This document shows positions 49,965 through 57,836 of a stretch of DNA of 64,000 nucleotides, one piece after another. The position numbers and the translations under genes were made by a program. The notes below the pieces were generated by a model, which worked only from the letters and a program-made list of their open reading frames with translations, was not told where the DNA came from and did not search any database. This stretch comes from Candidatus Magasanikiibacteriota bacterium (lineage in GTDB: Bacteria; Patescibacteriota; Patescibacteriia; Magasanikbacterales; UBA922): NCBI GenBank assembly GCA_041665025.1, contig JBAYJP010000001.1, positions 16,207 to 80,206 of the forward strand. Direction: 5' to 3'. Position 1 is the first letter of the stretch. Every line of letters starts with the position of its first letter.

Positions 49965-51996
49965 CGTCATTCAATCTCAAGAGATTGACCAAAATAAAAA
50001 ATATTTAGGTAATAAGACGCTTAATCTACAAAAGCTCGTAGATTGGGGTTTCCATGTTCCAAAATTTATTGCAATACCTTCGCACATCTCTAGCAATTTA
50101 TACTCAGATGAAAATCTGAAAAAAGAAATAGCCCAAGAAGCAATAAGAATTTTGCAATGCAAAAAATATGCAGTGAGATCAAGCGCTTTAATTGAAGACG
50201 GTGAGAACAGGTCATTCGCCGGCCAATTCAACACTAAACTAAACTTATCCAGCAACGAGCTAATTGGAGGAATAGGCGAGGTGTTAAAGCAGGCAAACGA
50301 TTTTCTTCACGATGAACTTGATAAATTTTCAATAATTATTCAGGAATATATTGCACCCGATATTTCGGGAGTTACTTTTACGCGAAATCCACATGGTAGT
50401 AGAGAAATGATAATTGAATACGGATTTTGCGAAGGAGAAAAAATAGTAAGCGGAGAAATAAAACCAGAAAAAACCTCTTTTTATTGGAACGAACAAGACA
50501 TTAAATTGCCCAAACAATTTTTAACAAACCGAGTAATTAAAAAATTCAAAGAAATCGAAAACAAAAGTAAATTTCCGCAAGACATTGAGTGGTGTATTAA
50601 AGACAACAAATTTTATTTGCTACAAACAAGGCCAATAACAACAATTACCAGCAAACAATACGAGCAAATAAATTTTTTAGAAAAACAATTATCGGAAAGA
50701 GAAGAATATTTTTTTGAAAAAACAGAAATTTCAGAAATTGCACCACGACCGACAGAATTTACTCTAAGTCTTTTGAAGACTATTTACTCTCAAAATGGAC
50801 CAGTAAGCAGGGTTTATAAAAAGTACGGCGTTAATTTTACCGATACAAACTTTTTGAAAATTATAGGAAATGAGCTTTTCGTAGATAAAGAAAGAGAAAT
50901 CCAAGGATTGCTTCCATGTTATAGTTATTTGCAAAATCAAAATTTTGTTCCCAAATTCAGCTACTATTCCCAAATGATTCCAACGATAAAAAATCTTTTC
51001 TTTCTAAATAAAATTAGAACGAATGGCTACGAGAAAATATTTCAAGATTTAAAAACAAGAATTGAAACAACTAATCAAGGCAAAAATTATCAAACAGCGT
51101 TAAAAGTTTTTTTAGAGGATTATAAATTAATTTTTGAAACCAACCTCTTATCAGGCTTAGCTATAAAAAAACTAAATTCTCTGCTTAAAAATGAAGTCGT
51201 AAAATTACCAGATATTTTAAATGAAAGCAGTGTTTTTATTGATTTAAATAAATATAAAGTCTCATCACCTCAAAATTTAAAGGGTAATTCTTTAGAAATT
51301 GCTGATGAATCAAATTTTTCAGCTACTGAAAAAACTGAGAGGCAATCAAGCGACAAAGTATCGCAATGGTGGAAAAAAATATCCGATTTCAAGAAAAAAA
51401 TACTTCAAGACAAAATTAAGGAAGCTATAATCTATAATCGTTTAAGAGAATTAGGGAGGTGTTTGACGATCAAAAACATAAACGCAATAAGGAACTTTTT
51501 ATTAAGTTATGCGAAAAATCAAGGATTTAACGACTTACAGAATATTTATTTTACCAGTATCAATGAAGTTATTAATGATCGGGCTGATAAAATAGTTTGT
51601 AAAAAAAGAAAAAATATTTACGACCAATACAATGATTATAAGCTGCCAAACTCAATTACTTCATCATTTATCCAAAAGAGAACAGGAATTTTAGGCGTTT
51701 CCGCAGGATTAACGCAAGGTATTTTGCAAAATCACGAATACCTAGATTCGGAAAAATCAGATGACTCAAAAATTATTTTGTATACTGAAATATTATCGCC
51801 GAACTTAACAAAATATTTTGACAGGATTTCAGGAATTGTTTCAGAAAATGGAGGTTTATTATCGCATTTAGCAATCGTAGCTCGTGAAAATAACATCCCA
51901 GTTATAACTGGATTTTCATTATCAAATAGTATTTTAAAATTAGGCAATTCCGTGCAAATCGACGGTAGTAATGGTAAAATAGAAAAAATACAATAA
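49954..51996 (+). CDS. Cassette 1, gene 2: PEP-synthase/rifampin-phosphotransferase-like kinase (ATP-grasp plus swivel His domain)
   Basis: AVRSSALIED...SFAGQF, QDIEW, LQTRPIT and GGLLSHLAIVARE motifs. Confidence 0.8.
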   Translation: MKNNVIQSQEIDQNKKYLGNKTLNLQKLVDWGFHVPKFIAIPSHISSNLYSDENLKKEIAQEAIRILQCKKYAVRSSALIEDGENRSFAGQFNTKLNLSSNELIGGIGEVLKQANDFLHDELDKFSIIIQEYIAPDISGVTFTRNPHGSREMIIEYGFCEGEKIVSGEIKPEKTSFYWNEQDIKLPKQFLTNRVIKKFKEIENKSKFPQDIEWCIKDNKFYLLQTRPITTITSKQYEQINFLEKQLSEREEYFFEKTEISEIAPRPTEFTLSLLKTIYSQNGPVSRVYKKYGVNFTDTNFLKIIGNELFVDKEREIQGLLPCYSYLQNQNFVPKFSYYSQMIPTIKNLFFLNKIRTNGYEKIFQDLKTRIETTNQGKNYQTALKVFLEDYKLIFETNLLSGLAIKKLNSLLKNEVVKLPDILNESSVFIDLNKYKVSSPQNLKGNSLEIADESNFSATEKTERQSSDKVSQWWKKISDFKKKILQDKIKEAIIYNRLRELGRCLTIKNINAIRNFLLSYAKNQGFNDLQNIYFTSINEVINDRADKIVCKKRKNIYDQYNDYKLPNSITSSFIQKRTGILGVSAGLTQGILQNHEYLDSEKSDDSKIILYTEILSPNLTKYFDRISGIVSENGGLLSHLAIVARENNIPVITGFSLSNSILKLGNSVQIDGSNGKIEKIQ

Positions 51997-52119
51997 GGTG
52001 TTTTGGGCTACGGGCATTCACCCCTTTAATTCCCCTCTGCCCTTCGCCCAAAACGGAAAAAGAAATTTGAAAATTTTTTAAAACAACCAACTATCATCGG
52101 AAAAGAAAAGGAATACATC

Positions 52120-52221
52120 AGCTAACACGGCATATCTGGTTACGGCTTTTATACAAAAGCCTCCATCCATATTTGCCTTCGCTACGCTACGGCAAACATC
52201 AGATATGCCGATACGTTAGAC
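52120..52221 (+). repeat. attC-like hairpin spacer 1
   Basis: GCTAAC-A-CGGCATATCTG ... CAGATATGCCG-ATAC-GTTAGAC. Confidence 0.8.
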
Positions 52222-52320
52222 GAAATAAATTATTTTTTCCTGTCCGATTTTTCAATTTTAATGGAAGGGGGTGAATTTTTGTGATTGTTGACGAGGGGTA
52301 ATAATGGTATAAATAAACTT

Positions 52321-53355
52321 ATGACAGAAAATAACTTTTCTCGGCCTACATTTTTAAAACCTGAGATAAAACTTGAAGCTGGTTACACCGATCCGGAAAA
52401 TGATGAAAAACATTTTTACCATGGAAATTTTGTAGTTGTGGCAGATCTAAAAAATATACCAAAAGAAATACGTGAAAAAATTCCTGGCGGATATATCTTA
52501 AAACAATATCAATCTGAAGAATACTCACCCAATTGGAATGAACTATTTGAAGCGGACAAAGAAGTAAATACAAATACAGCAGAAAAAAAAGGAACATGGG
52601 TGATTATCGACGCATTTGAAGACGCCTTTAACAAATTTGGTAGACGGCCGACTGTCAATGAAGTTCTTACTCTAATTTCAGACGACAAAAAAAGCGAAAT
52701 GGCTATCGATGAAAATTTTATCGTTCAAACACTAAAAAAATACTCTTTGGAAACAAAGGCTCGAAAACTTAAAAAACGCTATGAAGAAATAAAAAACGTT
52801 TTTTCAGATGAATTACCAAATATAATATTACCAACGCAATTTATTATTGGTGCTGAAGAAAACCGACAACACCCGGATCGCGATGGAGCAAAACGACTTT
52901 ACGAATTACAACCAAAAATCAATGCTTTAAAGTTACGCGGTACAAGGCCGGTACATGAATATCTCCATACTGGAGGCAATCCTGGAAAAAATTTTCTATA
53001 CGATAGCCCTCACGTACCAATACCAGAAAACATTATTAACATCGTAAAAATGTGGGCAAAACAGATAAAAGAAACCTTTCCAAAACAATGTGCGCAAATA
53101 AAAGAGGAACTTGAAAAATTTATTGAACTGGCACGTCCAATCCCAGAAAAAATGAATGAGATACCACACGATATGGTTCATCCTGTGAATGTTGGATTTA
53201 CAGCTGATGGCATTAGAATATTTGATATAAATTTAGTATTACCTAATTTGGATAAAGACGATAAACGGCGTAAAACTCTTTTTAATCCGGACATTTGGCT
53301 TGCTCGGTATAATCGCTTGTTAGATATTTGGAAAATAGTTTACGACGAATTGTAA
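52321..53355 (+). CDS. Cassette 2: hypothetical protein (possible degenerate kinase-like C-terminus)
   Basis: ATG at 52321; HDMVHPVNV...RIFD weakly resembles kinase catalytic motifs. Confidence 0.6.
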   Translation: MTENNFSRPTFLKPEIKLEAGYTDPENDEKHFYHGNFVVVADLKNIPKEIREKIPGGYILKQYQSEEYSPNWNELFEADKEVNTNTAEKKGTWVIIDAFEDAFNKFGRRPTVNEVLTLISDDKKSEMAIDENFIVQTLKKYSLETKARKLKKRYEEIKNVFSDELPNIILPTQFIIGAEENRQHPDRDGAKRLYELQPKINALKLRGTRPVHEYLHTGGNPGKNFLYDSPHVPIPENIINIVKMWAKQIKETFPKQCAQIKEELEKFIELARPIPEKMNEIPHDMVHPVNVGFTADGIRIFDINLVLPNLDKDDKRRKTLFNPDIWLARYNRLLDIWKIVYDEL

Positions 53356-53460
53356 ACCACGGAGTAGGCGCAATTCACCCCTGCCCCTCTTGCTCCCCAC
53401 CAACGAAAAAATTCCCCCCCTACATTTGATAAAATCGGACAGAAAAAAATAATTTACATC

Positions 53461-53536
53461 GTACAACACCGAGTATCTGGTTTCGCTTCGCTTCACCCAT
53501 ATTGCTATCGCAACATCAGATACTCGGATATTGTGC
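53461..53536 (+). repeat. attC-like hairpin spacer 2
   Basis: TACAAC-A-CCGAGTATCTG ... CAGATACTCGG-AT-ATTGTGC. Confidence 0.75.
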
Positions 53537-53560
53537 TTATTTATCTTTTAAAATATTCTT

Positions 53561-54073
53561 ATGAAAACATTACTAATATCGATGATGGTCATCTCAGTAT
53601 TGATTCTAAACGGATGTACTAAAGAACGGCCTCAACCAAATTCTCTCAACGAAAAATCGACAATTAACGAAGTATCACCCACTCCAAATATTACTCAAGA
53701 AAAGAAGATGGCTGATTTTACGACAAGCTATATCCCGGACAGCTGGGTTATCGAAGAAAATTTTTTCTACAGTCCTGAAATGTATAATGCGCGAGAAGGT
53801 GGTCCCTATAGTTTGAACATTAATATAAACGAAAAATTTTCTTCTATAGACAATTATCTTAAAGATAAGAGCAATTGCGTTACAGATAAGACAGAATTTA
53901 AAATAAACAATTACCCAGCCGTCCGGTTTACGGATTCTTGCGCCTATGGGAAGCCTAAAATGACTCTTATGCAAATAAACGAGAATTTGGTTGAGGCTTT
54001 TAGCTATTCTTTTTCTGATGAATCAAAAGCAATAGTCAAAATATTGGAAACATTGGATATAAAAAATAAATAA
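53561..54073 (+). CDS. Cassette 3: putative lipoprotein
   Basis: Lipobox LNGC after a hydrophobic signal. Confidence 0.7.
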   Translation: MKTLLISMMVISVLILNGCTKERPQPNSLNEKSTINEVSPTPNITQEKKMADFTTSYIPDSWVIEENFFYSPEMYNAREGGPYSLNININEKFSSIDNYLKDKSNCVTDKTEFKINNYPAVRFTDSCAYGKPKMTLMQINENLVEAFSYSFSDESKAIVKILETLDIKNK

Positions 54074-54154
54074 GCACAACAGCGTATAACACGCTATATC
54101 CAAAATTTACTACGCTACGCTTTAGTAAACTTCGGATATAGCGATACGTTATGT
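54074..54154 (+). repeat. attC-like hairpin spacer 3 (two AAC ends)
   Basis: GCACAAC-AG-CGTATAAC-A-CGCTATATCC ... GGATATAGCG-ATAC-GTTATGT. Confidence 0.78.
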
Positions 54155-54246
54155 GCCATAATAAAAAACCATTTATGTTTGACTTCTTAAAATTATTGTG
54201 GTAATTTCTATCTAAGATACTTTTATTTATTTTTAACATAAAATCT

Positions 54247-54504
54247 ATGGGCGAATTCAATTTAGAGGCAGAAGCTGCCGCTGCAGCAGCACGCACAGAT
54301 AGAGGAGTGCAAGAAAATGTATTTCGAGGATTACCGGAAGTACAACTTTCTTCTTTTACTCCCGAAATGGCTGCTGCATTAAGAAGCATGGATACCGAGA
54401 ATCCCGTACTAGAAAATGCAGAATTACAAGCTTATGTTGATACGCTTACTAAAGCCCAGCGCGACCAGCTCCAATCACAGGCTAGCAATGTAGACCCAGA
54501 ATAA
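54247..54504 (+). CDS. Cassette 4: small acidic hypothetical protein
   Basis: 85-aa ORF filling the space between the cassette inverted repeats. Confidence 0.6.
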   Translation: MGEFNLEAEAAAAAARTDRGVQENVFRGLPEVQLSSFTPEMAAALRSMDTENPVLENAELQAYVDTLTKAQRDQLQSQASNVDPE

Positions 54505-54544
54505 ATTACCACAACAATTTTAAGTAATGGTTTTTTATTACGTC

Positions 54545-54724
54545 ACATAACAACCGATATCAGGTTCAAAAAATAGTGCTTTTCAATTTTAGTGGAAGCA
54601 CTATTTTTTTCTCCCATATGCCGGTACTTGAATTGTAAGTCTAAAGCGTTTACAATGAATGGTAGTGAAGTCAAAGAGTGTGCTAAAACAATGGCGCCAC
54701 TTCTGATATCGGCGAACATTGCAC
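54545..54724 (+). repeat. attC-like hairpin spacer 4 (long, about 180 bp)
   Basis: CATAAC-AA-CCGATATCAG ... CTGATATCGG-CGAAC-ATTGCAC, with an internal AAAAAATAGTGCTT/AAGCACTATTTTTT stem. Confidence 0.72.
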
Positions 54725-54752
54725 AAAATAAAAATTTAATTATTTTGCTACC

Positions 54753-55490
54753 ATGAAATTCAAAGAAGGATACAAATATACAAACCTCACCGGATACATA
54801 AATATTTTTTCCAACCCTCAATGGTATTTGGATACACAATCTGAACTCAAGGAATTTTTTTATGATTACGATGGTAATAAGGAAAACAAATCGCAAGAAT
54901 GGCTCGAGAAAAGAAACGAATTTGTAAAAATGGTTTGTGAACTTTTAGAAGCAGACCAAATTGCTCTTGGTGATTCTGGAATAAACTGGGATAAGGATCG
55001 TTCGCCAATAGATACAATTGTTATACACCATACCAGTACGCCATCAGACATCCCCATTGCAGCAATTAATGCACTAGGATTGATTCGTTTGTATGCACCA
55101 AATTACAGCAAAAAAGATGAAGAGCAATTTGGTCAACCAATTTGGTCAAACCATTTTTACAAAAACAGACAAACATTCATTGCTTATCATTACATAATCA
55201 GACAGGACGGGTCTTTTGAACATATACTACAAGATAACCAAACAGGTTGGCATTGTGGAAATTGGGATTATAACTGCCGAAGTATTGCGATTTGTTTTCT
55301 TGATGATCTAAAAGAAAAAAGACCGACTGAAAAAGCACTTCGAACAGCAAATGAAATCATAAAAAAATATCCAAATTGTAATATCCTAGGTCATAGAGAA
55401 ATTAAACCCACAACGACTTGCCCAGGTAATCTGTTTCTAGAGAAAGATGGTTGGAAAAACGACGTATTTCTGAAACCGCAAAATAATTAA
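54753..55490 (+). CDS. Cassette 5: N-acetylmuramoyl-L-alanine amidase (Amidase_2/PGRP type)
   Basis: IVIHHT, AYHY, GWHCG, SIAIC, GHRE and TCPG zinc-amidase motifs. Confidence 0.88.
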   Translation: MKFKEGYKYTNLTGYINIFSNPQWYLDTQSELKEFFYDYDGNKENKSQEWLEKRNEFVKMVCELLEADQIALGDSGINWDKDRSPIDTIVIHHTSTPSDIPIAAINALGLIRLYAPNYSKKDEEQFGQPIWSNHFYKNRQTFIAYHYIIRQDGSFEHILQDNQTGWHCGNWDYNCRSIAICFLDDLKEKRPTEKALRTANEIIKKYPNCNILGHREIKPTTTCPGNLFLEKDGWKNDVFLKPQNN

Positions 55491-55501
55491 ATTTTTACAT
55501 C

Positions 55502-55579
55502 GCACAACAGCGTGTATGCGGTTCCGCTTCGCTCCACCCATATTGCTAACGCAACATCGTATATACGCGGACGTTATAC
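55502..55579 (+). repeat. attC-like hairpin spacer 5
   Basis: GCACAAC-A-GCGTGTATGCG ... CGTATATACGC-GGAC-GTTATAC; interior nearly identical to spacer 2. Confidence 0.78.
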
Positions 55580-55663
55580 GAAATAAATTTTTTCTTTTTA
55601 TTTTTCTCAAATGACTTACAATAGACATTATGGAAATAATGTTGATAAGACTAAACGATTAAA

Positions 55664-55909
55664 ATGCCAAATAACAAAAATACAAACTTTAGAAAGCTAT
55701 ACTCACATTTAGAATCAACTATAATAATATTTTTGTGGATTTCTATTTTCTTTTGGATCTTTTATGAAGGTTCGATTAATGCGGGTATTTGGGGAAAATG
55801 GAAAGGCTTAGAGATCATATTTCCACTCATCATTTCTTTCTTCATCTCATCAATTATAATATTGCCTCTGTATTTAATAAAAATATTTTTCAAAAGCAAG
55901 AAAAAATAA
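55664..55909 (+). CDS. Cassette 6: small two-TM membrane protein
   Basis: 81-aa hydrophobic ORF after spacer 5. Confidence 0.55.
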   Translation: MPNNKNTNFRKLYSHLESTIIIFLWISIFFWIFYEGSINAGIWGKWKGLEIIFPLIISFFISSIIILPLYLIKIFFKSKKK

Positions 55910-55996
55910 CAAGCTTTCAAAGGGGAATAAATTTGATTTATTTAAAAAGAAAAAACTTATATAATACCTACACCTTTTAGTTAATAAGAGATCAAT

Positions 55997-56281
55997 ATGA
56001 AAACGAAAAAAATAAAAATCACTACGGGTGTGGTTCATAAAGTTCCCAAGGATTTAGAGAAGGTTTTAAGCTCCAATCCTGATTTGCTTACCAAATGGAA
56101 TGGCCTAACCCCTCTATCTCGCAATGAGTGGATTTGTTGGGTCACTATTGTGAAAAAGCCAGAAACTCGTAATAAGCATATTGAACGCTTATCTGAAGAA
56201 CTCCTTGAGGGGGCAAAAAGACCTTGTTGTTGGCCAGGTTGTCCTCATCGCAGACCAAATGCGAAAAAATGGTTTAAGTAA
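55997..56281 (+). CDS. YdeI/OmpD-associated family protein
   Basis: VPKDL...LTPLSRNEWICWV...KKPETR and RPCCWPGC motifs. Confidence 0.8.
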   Translation: MKTKKIKITTGVVHKVPKDLEKVLSSNPDLLTKWNGLTPLSRNEWICWVTIVKKPETRNKHIERLSEELLEGAKRPCCWPGCPHRRPNAKKWFK

Positions 56282-56397
56282 CACACTTTTTTTCTTTCCC
56301 TTCGTTCCAAAAAAACTTGGTATATTTCTAATGTTAAAATGTATATAATTCTAAATAATATATAAGGTTTTTAAAATTCTTAATGAGATATCATAAT

Positions 56398-56868
56398 ATG
56401 TCTAACATGTTCAAGCCCATCAAGGCAAAAAATGTAAAAGAATACTTAGCATCTATACCAGAAGAACGTAAAGAGACAATTTTGTTTCTGCACGATTTTA
56501 TTCAGAAAGTCTCACCAAAACTAAAAAGCCATTTTGCATATAATATGCTTGGGTATGGCTCGTTTGCCTATAAAAATTATAAAAGAGATGTGATCGAGTG
56601 GCCCATAGTGGCACTTGCCAGCCAGAAAAATTATATGAGTGTGTATGTATGTGCCGTGGAAGATGGTGAGTATCTGGCAGAAAAGTACAAGGATAAACTA
56701 GGCAAGGTAAGCGTGGGCAAGAGTTGTATTCGTTTCAAAAAACTGGATGACTTACATTTAGGGGCGTTAAAAAAAATTTTACAAAAATCAGCGAAACATC
56801 CAGGTCTTGTTGGTGCTGAGAAATATCGGAAAACCTCTGTAAAAAAACAATTGCATATAAAATCGTAA
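56398..56868 (+). CDS. DUF1801 (YdhG-like) protein
   Basis: VKEYLASIP, MLGYG, LASQKNYMSVY and GKSCIRFKK motifs. Confidence 0.82.
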   Translation: MSNMFKPIKAKNVKEYLASIPEERKETILFLHDFIQKVSPKLKSHFAYNMLGYGSFAYKNYKRDVIEWPIVALASQKNYMSVYVCAVEDGEYLAEKYKDKLGKVSVGKSCIRFKKLDDLHLGALKKILQKSAKHPGLVGAEKYRKTSVKKQLHIKS

Positions 56869-56880
56869 CCTTTTGTAGGT

Positions 56881-57555
56881 ATGCCAACAAAAATTTTAAC
56901 TCATGTACTTCTTGATGCCCTAACTATCGTGTACATATTTTTTGGGTTGGAATACTTTACTCATTTTACACAAAATAATCTGGTACTTGTATTTTATATT
57001 GTTGCTTTATTGCATTTGATTGCGCTTGGAAGCGGACTTTATTCAAAAGTTCGCACATACGGCTCAGGAGGTTTACTTGGCGAACAAAAAAATAACTGGA
57101 CACATACTCTTCAATCTCTTGTCACTATCTTGGCATTTGCCAGTTCTTTGTGGCTCATATTTCCCGGTGTAGCAATTACCAAAATAATCAGTCACAACAT
57201 GCCTGGACTCGGCATACTTATTGTTTTATTTCTGTTATTCCCCTGGGTTTTGCTTGCGATTGGTATGTCACATGAACAAAAAAAATGGAAAACGCCTGCA
57301 CGTGAATATATGGTGACACAACTTCTGCCTTCATGTGCTACGTTGCTATTTTTCGCAACAAGCGAAACACTCATAAAAGCCACGGCACAAAATAATGCGA
57401 CCTCGCTCGATGATGTCGGTTTTGGAATTATTATGCTTGCTATTACCTACTTACCACTTCGATTATTACTTATGCTCAAACAGCCTATCAAAAAAATAGA
57501 TTTTGTTTCAGCGATTATCACATTTGGTTTGCTTGCCTACGCCATGGTTGCCTGA
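56881..57555 (+). CDS. Multi-pass membrane hypothetical protein
   Basis: About seven hydrophobic segments; YLPLR motif. Confidence 0.6.
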   Translation: MPTKILTHVLLDALTIVYIFFGLEYFTHFTQNNLVLVFYIVALLHLIALGSGLYSKVRTYGSGGLLGEQKNNWTHTLQSLVTILAFASSLWLIFPGVAITKIISHNMPGLGILIVLFLLFPWVLLAIGMSHEQKKWKTPAREYMVTQLLPSCATLLFFATSETLIKATAQNNATSLDDVGFGIIMLAITYLPLRLLLMLKQPIKKIDFVSAIITFGLLAYAMVA

Positions 57556-57621
57556 CATCTGTGGAAAACTTAATTTGACGATCTTGGGTATTTACTGATA
57601 CACTCCATCTAGTTACAACTC

Positions 57622-57767
57622 ACCACTATATCTGCTGGAAGAGGGTGCAAGTCCCTCACTGTGCCGCAACGGTATTCTCCGATTTAAATTCGGGGTCAGT
57701 CCGATCTTCAGATATGGTTTATTGCGTGGTTGCCAAAGGCAACGTCACGCAGTAATCCCGAGCAGGA
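57622..57767 (+). ncRNA. Cobalamin riboswitch (compact Cbl-II-like)
   Basis: GGAAGAGGGTGCAAGTCCCTCACTGTGCCGCAACGGTA core, B12-box-like AGTCCGA, closing stem ATATCTG/CAGATAT and P13-like TCCCGAGCAGGA; promoter TTGACG...TGATACACT upstream. Confidence 0.85.
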
Positions 57768-57792
57768 ACTTGTATTTTTTGAAACGTACATC

Positions 57793-57826
57793 AAAAATCT
57801 TCCTATTCGGGGAGATTTTTTATTTT
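57793..57826 (+). terminator. Attenuator/terminator of the riboswitch expression platform
   Basis: AAAAATCTTCC-TATTCG-GGGAGATTTTT plus T-run, just before the ATG at 57837. Confidence 0.65.
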
Positions 57827-57836
57827 ATTACTCACT

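Larger units (their letters stand above)
48144..55960 (+). mobile_element. Array of about six co-oriented gene cassettes
   Basis: Cassettes at 48144-52126, 52215-53467, 53530-54080, 54148-54551, 54718-55508 and 55573-~55960. Each runs from (G/A)TT to AAC with its own terminal inverted repeat; the sixth has lost its AAC end. Confidence 0.8.

Noticed and set aside
54543-54896. Antisense ORFs across the cassette spacers (also 54036-54389 and 55437-55628)
   Set aside because: They cross palindromic spacers and overlap better-supported plus-strand genes, so they are likely shadow ORFs.
52120-55579. CRISPR array interpretation of the recurring hairpins
   Set aside because: The repeats are long, variable and separated by whole genes, and there are no cas genes in the window.
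47214-56000. Prophage or composite transposon
   Set aside because: No phage structural, replication or DDE transposase genes. The terminal repeats are cassette-specific, anchored on GTT/AAC, and have no target-site duplications.
55997-57555. YdeI, DUF1801 and membrane genes as further cassettes
   Set aside because: They are co-oriented and accessory-like, but I found no AAC...GTT hairpin spacers or terminal repeats around them. They could be decayed cassettes, but this is unsupported.
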